Positions 47,101 to 58,058 of a stretch of DNA of 64,000 nt are shown piece after piece (within the stretch, counting starts at the first letter, position 1; each line of letters opens with the position of its first letter). The DNA comes from Lepidodermella squamata. Taxonomy: Eukaryota > Animalia > Gastrotricha. The translations under genes and the position numbers were made by a program. The notes beneath the pieces were generated by a model. It searched no databases, was not told the origin of the DNA, and was given only the letters and a program-made list of their open reading frames with translations. The stretch is from positions 2,170,001-2,234,000 of the forward strand of contig JBLDXI010000003.1 in assembly GCA_047495785.1 (NCBI GenBank). Direction: 5' to 3'.

Positions 47101-48297
47101 AGCGATTGCCCAGCGAATTGAATGATGAGGCGGAAATGTGCAACCCCAGATGCACCAAACAGCCCAGTGCCACAACCGATTGTCGACGATGCAACGGAAT
47201 TGCAAGGCAATGTGCAAAAGGATGATATAAAGGTCGGTTGGTGCCATATTTGCATCGTCCCGTCACGCATCAGCTGCTGCAATATTCCGAAACCATGGAA
47301 ATTCTTGACGTCAATTTGCCTGCCCGAGACAACATCTGTTTCAATGACAAGTTTTGTCAGGAGTCAATTAATGTCAAATCATATGTAGAATTATTATTGC
47401 CGATCTGAAACTCTATGACTCCCCAGACGATCCAAATTCGAAATAATACTTTCGTCATTGTTACAACACCCCAGTGTGAAAAATCTTTGTATGGAAAGCT
47501 CGCTTACCATTAGTGCCGTAGGAGTAATTGGAAAACATAACTCCGAGGAAAGCCGGTGTGGAGCTGCTATAGTAAGTTCCATCGTAAACAACCCTGATAT
47601 CGGTTTCAGCTCGCCAGTTCAGCGCCGTTGGGACGAAATACTGAAAAACACAGGATTGACAGTCAAATTGCTTAGCACAACGATTTGGAAAATCAACCTT
47701 TCATTCGATGGATAGAAAAAACAGTAATTCATCATGGTCACAGTATAGGGAAATTGTGGTCATGACAATGTTTTAGGGTTTTTAAACAATACTGAAGGTG
47801 TTGTCTGCATCGGCCCCCAAAACGTTTCTTTTCTTTCATCACCTGTTATTACTTAACTGTCATTCCTTATCAATTAAACTTCAACCTGGTATCTATAGAA
47901 AGCGGATCTAGAAGCGGCTGAGTGGGCGAGTATTATCATGTGATTTTGATTGCAATTTGCAATAAAAATGGCCTACATTGACGGACGACATCACTCCGAA
48001 GTCAGCCGACATGGTTGACACGGTTCCCACTTTGTAGCTTGTAGCTAACATAGATGCATCGTCGAGAAAGTTGAACGACTGCGACCCAAGAATGCTGGAA
48101 TTCGCCTTATGGAATGAAACGTTGGACATGTACACCGGAGCTCCTGAGTATAGGTAAGGCAGCGGAAATGTCGCAGTGTCAGGCACTGGTGTTATTTGGC
48201 ATTCTATAGAAAGAACAGTAACTTCCGCCACGCCAAACAACTGAAACAACATACCGATTGTTCGGAGGAACATCAATGCAATAAGTGCGTGTAGCAT
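44189..48297 (-). CDS. Lectin-LGIC D (divergent): signal peptide + lectin-like domain + long Ser/Thr stalk + lectin-like domain + Cys-loop channel subunit, ~1150 aa
   Basis: Cys-loop CTLKLRKFPFDSQKC, WVP motif, 4 TM helices. Hand-splicing gives VMSSVN|YFVPTALNWRAE...GTN|DVVSGRQIDVKNFHGFGIL...PAAL|AIDSSG...DKVT|VAIAP...VKSMYAW in frame. The start codon and first introns are less certain. Confidence 0.75.
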
Positions 48298-49283
48298 GAT
48301 CAACACGGTATAGGATGCAGAATATGAGAAATATTCAGCAATCAAACAAGAGTTCTTTTGAAGGCTGCCAATGGACCGGAGCATTTGAGAAAATGAAGAC
48401 TAAATTTAGCCTCACTAGACCCAAGTTTGACTAAACCCTCGATCGATCATTTGTTAAGTGCTGGTTGTTAGTCAGCATTCAATAGCCCCAATCATGTGAC
48501 ACATACGTTTTGACGCGACTGAGGATTGACGCAATAAGCTCCTGGATGCTAAGTGGTAGATCTCTATTATGAATAAACGTCCGTCAAGGCACCAAGCCAT
48601 AGCATTAACCCGGGAACTCATGCAGTTGGAAGACGATCAAAGTTTTGAACTCCTGCATTCAACAACGCTGAGACAAATTTTTTTGCATTTTCGATCGATA
48701 TAGTCCCAACTTTAATATTCTTGCGCGCAGTTTTCCATCGCGCTTTCCCCGTCCTCCGGCTTCATCAGCCTGAACATCATCAGCAGAAGACCAAGCCACA
48801 CGCGTCTAATTTCGGGCTAAAAGCCATGTGCATACCTCTAACTATTATTGAAAGTATAGGCTTGTACGTTTCACATTGCCCGTAGATACAATGCGCAACA
48901 TATATGATCAGACCTTGAAGCAAAAATGCCGACGCATAGATATGACTCGGCTAAAAACTGTTACTAGCACATAAGCGAGGAAGATCGGGGGTTTCAAAAA
49001 TCCAAGAACTTAAATCTCCAACCTCTCAGCTAATGGTAGCGAAGGTCCAAAATAAAAAAATTATCAATTGGAGCGCTTGGTGCGGGGTTGTGAACTGGAC
49101 GTGTTACCAATAATGAAAACAAATTATCAGATACCAAGCAACATTTTATTTGGAAATTGCATTGCAGAAAATGAAAGATTGCATGATACAAAGTAATATA
49201 CGAAGAGCAGTCCGAGATTTTAAACAAACAGTTCACATGTTTTACCGGGAATTCAAGACAATCAATGCAAAACTCTTGAACAA

Positions 49284-51858
49284 TTATTTGCTATTTTTCC
49301 TGATTCGGAGCAACAGCGCCCGTAAAACGCTCCAGGCTTTAGTGAACTCCGCCTGCATAATCGGCGTTGTTTCTTCGCAATCAACCATAGTGAGAAGAGC
49401 GGGGCATTTCTTCCCGAGATAGTCAACAATTGCCGCGTTCCGGTCGCCATTAATCGCGTAAAGTAGCGCCGAGCAATCGTCGTTATCGCAGATTAACGGA
49501 TCGATGTGATGCTTTTCAACCAAAAGCTTCACAAGATCCAAAGAGCCAGAGTTAGCTGCAAAGTGTAGAGCAGTCGTCCCGTTACTGTCCACGGCGTATA
49601 AATCACAACCTTTCTCCAAGTAAAACTCCGCGATTTTCAAATCACCCGAGGCAACAGCCATGAGAAAGGGCGTCTTGTCGCAGTTACGATTCAAACCTGG
49701 CGAATCGAATAGTTCCGGAGCAGCTTGATACAAAATCTCGAAAATTTGCGTAAAAATGTTGAAGTCGTCTCTTGGAATGATATGATACAAAGTTGAGCCG
49801 AGAATGTCACCAGCGCGGCAGTTGGCGCCTTTTTCAATCAAATATTTCACAATTTCAGGCTTGCCGTGTCGAACGGCGTAGTACAAAGGAGCTCTCTCGC
49901 AGTGATCGCCCAGGTTTACATCGAATTGTTTCTCCTCAACAAGAAATTTCGCAACCTCCAGGCTACCTCCATTCTTATGGTAAGGAAAATTGCCCCATTC
50001 GCCGCCGCAAGCGTAGTGTAAGAGGTTACGTCCAGATACCTTACTTTCGAGGGTAATCGGGTACTTTTCGAGTAGGCACTTCAAAACCTCGAGATTTCCG
50101 CCGCAAGCCGCTGAAAATACGCCGTTAGTTTCGAACACCATGTCACCACACAAAGATACACGGCCATCCCGAATGACATCAGCGCGCATCTCGCCGATGA
50201 GAAACTTCAAAACTTCAAGATGGCCGTTTGACGCGGCGGAGCAAACAGGGTCGACGTAACCGTCGCTGTGGTTGTGGCTAGCCATGTAATAACCGCAGCC
50301 GGGTGGTAGACGGTGGTCGAGACACATTAGCTTGACAGTTTCGAGATCGCCTTTTGAGACGGCTTCGAAAAAGCGTTCGATTTCGAGTGGTTTTTCATAA
50401 AACTTGGAGCTCATCGCCTGCAAAACAGTATCGAAAAGGACTGTAAATTCATCAGAGATATTTTAATTCGGGAATCGGAAATCACAATTTTGAAAAGTTG
50501 AGTGTGGAAAACCCGATAACGTTGCCTCACAAAGACAATTCCTATAAAATCCTCAAGTAGAGCTTTGGAACCCCATTCAGAGCAAAGGTTTATAGTGCAA
50601 ACTTACAATGCGCCTACCAACGGGTACGTTCGAGTTTATTGTAGGCTTCTTGTTTGCAAATTGAACACGGGCTGACGTTTCAACCAGTGCACAGGCCTGA
50701 TTGGCAGCGGTTTGGTCCAGCTGTAAAGTCACCTTGAATTCATCGGCACACTTTGGAATATCTTCCATGATTCGCAGCTAGATTTATAGAGAAATTTTTC
50801 TTATGTTTGCTTCTGGAACAGAAATAAAGCTCACCTCTCTGTCAACTTCCCAGACCTTTTCGTACAAAGCTGCTGCTTTTGGAAGAGTCGAGTCTGAGTT
50901 CCTATGAGTATTTTCTACTTCTTCAACAACCTTAGCAACACAGCCATTTTCGATGCGGCCAAGGGATCGTGTTTCAACTTTTTGGGAATCGATTTTCTCG
51001 AAAAGATCGTTCAAAAGCTTGGTTCTGGTTTTCTCGACAGATTCATTCAGCTTCGCAATCAGGGAGTCACAGTAAGAATTTATTTGAGAAGCCAATGCAG
51101 CCTTGGACTCATCGATTTTTGCCTCAGCTTGGCAGAATTTTTCTTCCAAACAGCTGCTCGCAGCTTCGAAACGCTCTAGGAACTTAAAAAGCCATTTTTA
51201 CGCGAAAAATATTGAAAAATCAAAGGGAATAACGAACATTAACTGAAATCCAGCTACTTTCGAGTCGAAGCCGTTCGGCATGGGCCAATGAACAGGGTTC
51301 GCAGAAGTCATCTCCGCAATGACTGCACTTGATCAAACTGTTTGAGAATGCATTTTTATGTGGACATTTCTCGCCAAGGCCCAAACACCGATTGCGTGGC
51401 TGCGTCAAATGCTCAGCTGCGCCAAGAATTTTCTGCAGATTCGCATTGCGCTTAAAAGCTGAAAGTCAGTGCGGAGTCAAAGAATCACAGGCTGGCTAAT
51501 ATTGAATTCTTGTTACCTCTTTGGCCACTTTCGTCTCGATCGGGAATACTTGAGGTTCGACAAACTGGACATCTTGGATCTCGGACAAAGTCTTGGTTTT
51601 CCAGTAGCAGTTTGATGCAGTTGAGGCAAATTGAGTGGCCGCAATGAGGCAGCAGGATTGGATTATTTTCAAGGCCGTAGCATACAGGACATTTCAAAGC
51701 CTAGGCGATGAAGATATAAAAAAGCTGTTCAAACCTTTCCAGAGCCTTACTTCAATCAGCTGGCCATCAAAATTGAGCTGACTTTCCATTTTTTGTTTTT
51801 TGGCATTGGAAGGCTCAGCTTCTTGAGATGAGCCGCTATTTCCATCGGGTCGAGTCAT
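49284..51858 (-). CDS. TRIM-ANK d, 6 exons
   Basis: MTRPDG...AKKQKM; RING CPVCYGLENNPILLPHCGHSICLNC...CPVC; B-box CPHK...CSHCGDDFCEPCSLAH; coiled coil; ANK exon 49284-50417. Confidence 0.88.
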
Positions 51859-53836
51859 TTGATCAAAGAGCGAAATAAATCAAACGAGAGCTAAAGGCGG
51901 TGTAAAACAAACGATGCCGTGGAGTAATTCAAATAGAATCAGATGTAATGAGAGACGGAAGACGAAGGGCAAGGGTTGGGCATAGGCATACAGACTCATG
52001 ACTCACGAGAAAAGGGGCGTAACGTCATGGGTGATGGGTGCCACGTGGCCTTCTGATTCGTCAAATCCTTGGAGGCCAACAAACGACAAATTCAACATTT
52101 TACCTGTCGATTTCTGGACGATTAAAGATCGTGTTAAAAAGAAGCAAAGGATTAACGAGAGATCTCACAAAGAGGAACATGTAATAATTTTTCATATTTC
52201 AAATTTCAAAGGAACTGATAACTGATAAACACTTGAGAAATAAGATGTTGCATTTGGAAAGTGACTATGACAACTACTCCACTGTGAAAAATACAAAAAC
52301 GAATAAGAAATCGAGTAATCATAGGATTGCATTGAACCCAGGAACACTACTTCATTCTTCAAGGCCTTAAAAACAGAAGAAAAGAATCGAGTGGTGTTCC
52401 TGAGTTCATAGAAATTGATTTATCAGTAGGCCATCTGGCGCCCCCAAGCTGAAGTATCAGATTGTAAGCAAGCAGCGAGGAAATAAACAACAATAGGGTG
52501 AGTGTAACGATGTGCCGGTTGGCGGCTGGGATCTATGCAATGACTAAGAACAATTTGTGATTCCCATGCGATAGCTAAGTAGGAATTTTTCGCGGTAACG
52601 GGAGTCGCATCACTCACAGGGAGAATAAAACGAAACATGCTACGAAACTTTATTCCCTTAAGAAGGAAAAAAGCAAATGGAGCTCTAACATGGTCGTATT
52701 TTCTCAGTTAGGTTCCTAAAATAGCGGCAGTTAAAAAAACAGACGTAGCACGCGACTCGGCTTTGAAGACACAGACTCTTAGAATCGCTGGTTAATTAGC
52801 GATGAAATGTGAGATCAGTTAGAATTTCCAGGTAAAAATGAATTTCTGAAATCGTAATCAAAGAAACGACAATATAAAGTGTTTCGTTTCGTTTTTCGTT
52901 TCAGAGTTTTTTGTCACTTGAAAATAATCATTTGTTCGCGAGATGGTTAAATTACATTTTCACTGCGAAACTCATTATCTTATGAGGATCTAATGAGGAC
53001 CTGCTAAGACGATAGCTTGCTTCTACTACGATCTTAGTAAGAAGGCACCAAAGACTCTTAGTGAGATCTTAGTAAGTCGGTTTTTTCTTTGGGAGTTTCT
53101 CATCGCGTTTTCAGTTATACCTTTTATTAAACATTTTCCTTTTACCAACAGTCGTATCAATAATTGAACCTTTCAGCTTTTAAAATATTCAGTGAAAGGC
53201 TCAGCGAGCCTTGAAGAAGATTCCTCAAAACGAAACGGACATTCCCGATGTTTGAGCCCGATTCGTGTCGACTGAGCTTATCTGTCTTGTTCCCGCAAAG
53301 ACACGCCTACGACCGATTCGGAATTTTTTCGTTAAATTGAGATTTATGCCCCATAGCAGAGGTTTCGCATCCCCGAACTTGAAGAAAAACAACTAATGTT
53401 TAGTTTTCGCGAGGGGACATTGTAAAGTAGTTTCAGGGGTAATATACTTATGATGCTCGTAGATAAGGATATATACCCGACATGCAACCCGGACTGAGGT
53501 GAAAAACAGGTGAAACCCCGACATCCTACGTCAATAAACAACTTGGCTGATGTTCGCTACTTATCATTTAACGTAATTGCATGCTCTAACGAGCTTGCGA
53601 ACTCGGGTTCAAGTAATTATTTCAATCGACAGAAGTCTTAGATTCAGTTGCGTCCGCGACAGACAAAGAACGAAGTTGACATCATGCGTTATCTATCACG
53701 TAAATGTATTTTAGTCGCAATGGTAACCACATAGCGACACAGCGCACATAATTCGAATCATGTGATTAAGATTGCACATTTCGTCGAACGAAAATGAGAA
53801 ATCTGACACTTGGCAAACGCGAATTATACTGGTTCG

Positions 53837-53844
53837 TATAAAAG
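53837..53844 (+). promoter_or_regulatory. Candidate TATA box of small secreted protein 1
   Basis: TATAAAAG starts 57 nt upstream of the ATG at 53894. Confidence 0.45.
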
Positions 53845-53893
53845 AGGTACTTGCTGCGCAACGGCCATTCCGTCCGTTGTTCAACTAATAATA

Positions 53894-54274
53894 ATGCTTG
53901 CTGCCTTTTACTGTTTCCTGGTATTAGTAATCACTGCATCGGCATTACAACCTGAATCGGATGACCCACTCGTGTCGCATCAACGAGCAGCTTTTACGTT
54001 CTCACAAGGCAGATCTCCGATCGAATACAAGCGTCAAATCCGCGAATACTTGATACAATGGATTGACGAAAGCTATGGCAGCACTTCAGTCAAGGCGTGT
54101 GCTCGCTGCTTCCATCTCGAGCAGGTACCCCCGGTTACTTTCGCCGCCTGGTACGTGAAGCAGCAATTCTCGGGGGATGCTTACAAAGACAAGATACTGG
54201 CATTTGGCTGCTCGAGGCTACCCATTGTCGATCGCTTGGTATTTCTGAAGCAACAAAAATGCCTCGATTTTTGA
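53894..54274 (+). CDS. Small secreted 4-Cys protein, unrecognised family, copy 1 (126 aa, intronless)
   Basis: Signal peptide MLAAFYCFLVLVITASA; the conserved block ACARCFHL...WY...AYK...CSRL...RL.FLKQQKC is shared with the two paralogs. Confidence 0.8.
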   Translation: MLAAFYCFLVLVITASALQPESDDPLVSHQRAAFTFSQGRSPIEYKRQIREYLIQWIDESYGSTSVKACARCFHLEQVPPVTFAAWYVKQQFSGDAYKDKILAFGCSRLPIVDRLVFLKQQKCLDF

Positions 54275-55585
54275 AGATTGCCAGCCAATGCTTCAAGTTA
54301 TTGCAATAGATGTTTATTACGTCTTAAGATTCTCAGTAAATTGATTATTGAAATTCTATCAACTTTTGCAATACACCTCTAAGTACATTGATCCTTAACC
54401 AGCTGTGAAGCTAGATGCTCTCAAGACTCGCGTCCAGATTGTTTGAAGTGGGCGAAGAAATTGCTCGGAAATGTCGCTTTTTTTAAATTGCTCGGATTTC
54501 AGCTTGCAACACGTGATTTACACAATAACTGAAGAGCGGTTCTTAGTCAGAGTAATCACTGCTATTCAGATGATCAACAAGGTTCTTTAGTAATTAAGCT
54601 AAGATCCTGCACGATCTTGCAGAAACTCAGAAAATCTTAGCTTCGGTAGCCTTGGATGGCCTTGGCTAGTAGTTATTCTGTAGTTATTTAGAATGTTGAA
54701 TGAGCTACTCAGCGGCTTGAATCTACGTCACTTTTCATCACAAATCGGTCAAAATAAAAGCGACTTTACTCTGATGACATAATCCAAAATGCCTCATGCG
54801 AGGCTTGCTGGCTGTCGAACTACTGGTTGAACTTTGATCAAATTCGCGAAAGCTAACCGAAGCAAGCGGCAATGTTCAACCCTCGACCAGAATCCTCCCA
54901 CGAGATAAACAACAGACAAGTACGGACACGGACTAATAGCGCCCCACGCGTGATGTTCCTCATCATTCCTCACTCATTATTATTAAAGCAAAGAATAAAA
55001 ACGTGACGCATCAGCAATTACGTGATGCCTCAAAAGCCTGCGAACGAAATTCTACTGACAAACATGATTTTTATACAGTTTCAGGTTCAGTTATTCATAG
55101 TTCCAAGCCCGTGATGAACGCCATTTCAAATTTGAGTGAACCTAGGGGTGTGTTGGTCCGGTCTGAAAGATGTTCACTTGGTTCGACTCTCCTTCGAGCG
55201 GTCTAAAAGCGTCATGTGCTACACGTGGCGTGAAAAGGGGGAAATAAAGGTCCCACATCCATAATTTTGACACGCGAGAACCCGATATCTATACGACGGA
55301 GAAATTTTATTTTGGTATGAAAACCGCCTGAAAACTTCGACTTGTCGTTTGCGAAAAAGTCCACTTTTACCCTCTGACAGCGCAATTAATCTCGGGGCCT
55401 GCATGAAACTGAGGGGCCGGAGGCCGGAATTGTGCCCAAGATCAAGTACAATCATGACACATGTTTCATTCGGGGCTTTTGAGCCTTTCCTTAGATTTTG
55501 CAAAATATCACGATTTTACCATTTCAATTTTCAATTTTCGAAATCAGAATGAATTGTTTTTACCTGGATCTCTGGCAAATCGACA

Positions 55586-56833
55586 TTGAAGCGCATTTTT
55601 GTGGAAAGACATTCTCGTACTTCAAGGTTCAAGGGTATTTCTCTCGCTCCGCTCCGCGGCACTCGCTATGTTCCTTTATCCTCTACCCTACTCAATGGGG
55701 CAGGTCAAAAGCACACCTGCTCCGTGAATATCCACGCCTGTAAGTTTACAGTTTGCTTTCAGAGGGGAAAGTATAGTGCGCCTACCTTGACGGAGGGCCA
55801 TAGGGTGGGTTATGAGAGCACCCAACAAGTCAAGTAAAACCCCTCACAAAATTGATTCTAGTAAGGGCGTTTCTGAATCGTAAGACAATCCAGAATTTAA
55901 CAAGGATCACATGGTACGTCGCAAATCGATTACAGTATTTGTCTCAATTTGACGAGAGCCGAAATGCATCTAATCACTTTTTTTAATCTGTTTAGCTCGA
56001 TCACCTGCAGATAAATAATTCGATTATCATTCTTTGAACGACAGCAGCAAGAGCAAAGGACAAAACGCACCTCTGAGGCTATGAACTGCGGGCTGAATAA
56101 TTTGCTTAACCGCAACAGCTCCCAAGCCTGATATAGGGTGTCTATGAAAATGACATACAGTCCGCATTTGTAGCGCATGTGATCGCTGAGCGGTAGTCAA
56201 AATATTGCCGAAATCCAAAAAAGTTCCTAAATTTGTCATAAATTTACCTGTCATTCCTAATCAAACAATTCCACTGGGTAAATATTTATTTTACATAGCA
56301 AGGCTTGTCTGTTTGGGCTAAGCAGCAGTCCCAATCATGGGCTGTTAACTTCCGTTTCTAACAGCATCAAAAAAAGAGGCCTTCGGGGAAATTCCGAGAG
56401 ACAATCTATTCGTCCTGCGTGCATGTAAGGTCTTAAGACAATTATCTACCCTAAGGCCCTTTAAATTTACATAAGCACTCTAGACTAAACAAAAAATTTG
56501 GTTGACAAGCTGTATCTGACCATGCGAAAGCGAGAATTATTAAATCATACTTCCGTGAAAAGAGTGACAAGTAATTGAATGAACAGGATTAGTTGGAGTT
56601 CATTAGAACCTCGAAGATACGACATGAATCTAAACTTAAACTTGTTATCCCACTTATTTAAGCATCATGTGGCCCTCGACTTGATGAATGAAATTTCGCG
56701 GACACGTTTACCGCCTAAGTTTACATTCGACAGATTTTTTGATCCCTCAAAATTGTCAACCTCAAATAAGTATCTCGGCATGAAAAAACGCTACACGGAA
56801 CCCAATAATATAGTCATCCAATTACGAGGATGA
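55586..56833 (+). mobile_element. Possible decayed Maverick/Polinton-type protein-primed DNA polymerase B remnant
   Basis: Motifs in the expected order but in broken frames: PLRGTRYVPLSSTL...VNI...CF (~55649), SGKFRETIYSSC (~56383), TRLPPKFTF (~56702). Confidence 0.35.
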
Positions 56834-57091
56834 TTGAAGGTGAGTGAGGCATCACATGCTCTTCATCGGGATGTGTCTGCGGAGACTAGCTGTCAGCCTC
56901 AGCAGGGTCCGATATCTGAAGATAACACTGTAATTGGCAGACATTTTGAAGGTTCTAAATTTCTCCTCCAGTTCACTTCAGACTAATCTCATTAGGGAAT
57001 CAGACGCTGTTCAATTGATAATGCCCTGTCTCAGTAGAAACTATTAATCAGCCGGACAAATCGGAGCAACCATTGCACATTTTTTTAGCGA

Positions 57092-57475
57092 ATGAATTAC
57101 TTTTTAGCAAGCTTGGTCCTTCCAGCTGTGTTAGCAGCAATGTCGCCTGCCGATCTCAAGAAAATGGTCAAGGAGAAAGAAATTGCCATCAGCTCAAATC
57201 GCATCACTGCAGAGAAGCTCGCGAAATTCAGAACCGATCGAAACTTTCTCAGCAAATGGATGGAAGCGAAATTTGGCAAGGTTTCGACGAAAGCCTGTGC
57301 TAGGTGTTTCGATCTGGAACACGTACCATCGGCAACGTCCATTTCGTGGTACTTCAAGCGCTACTACCTGGTCAGGAGTGCTTACAAAGATATGATAATG
57401 GCTCATAGTTGTTCGCAGTTGCCTATTATGTATCGATTGGCCTATCTCAAGCAGCAGAAATGCCTCACATTTTAA
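57092..57475 (+). CDS. Small secreted 4-Cys protein, copy 2 (127 aa)
   Basis: Signal peptide MNYFLASLVLPAVLA; same ACARCF...CS...LKQQKC block; AATAAA at 57510. Confidence 0.82.
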   Translation: MNYFLASLVLPAVLAAMSPADLKKMVKEKEIAISSNRITAEKLAKFRTDRNFLSKWMEAKFGKVSTKACARCFDLEHVPSATSISWYFKRYYLVRSAYKDMIMAHSCSQLPIMYRLAYLKQQKCLTF

Positions 57476-58058
57476 ACTATTTTTTTTGTTAATGAAATGA
57501 GCATTTTTCAATAAAGCGCCGAGGAGCCGGATCCACCTCAGGCAGCAGAAAAATATTCCCTGATCGATTACCATTATTTCCGTATCGTTAACAATGTTTC
57601 ACAATAAAGATAAGGGTAGGTATATTCGCACTTCAAGTACGCGTTTTGGGCTATTCGTACTAGGAAGGGGTTCCAGCAAGGGATAATTGAAATGTTTGCT
57701 GAAAATGTTCTATGTTTGAAACTTCAGTTGGTTGGAAAAGTGATTCCTGTGGATATTTTTAGGTGAAAAAGTCGCATTGGAACCTTTTAGAAAGGTCGGA
57801 AGGTCATTTGAGAAAGGTTCAGTTAATGATTAAATAAAACAAAAATTAGCTTATTTACAGTAAATTAGATAAGGCCAGATCGTTATTTCAGAAGGCAAAT
57901 TAGGAGAGAAATAGGAAAATTTGGGGAAACTTCTATAAAACATTGTTAAATGAGATGCTTCCGTACCGGGAGGTTTCGAAAAATTCCCAACCCTGGCTGC
58001 GTACTATTCCATCACAACATTCAATGTTCTTTTGCCACGGGTCAAATTTTATTTATAA

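Noticed and set aside
52975-54670. Short tcttag/ctaag-rich patches (52975-53080 and 54540-54670) that might be transposon subterminal repeats flanking secreted copy 1
   Set aside because: No matching termini or TSD could be defined, so gene capture cannot be supported.
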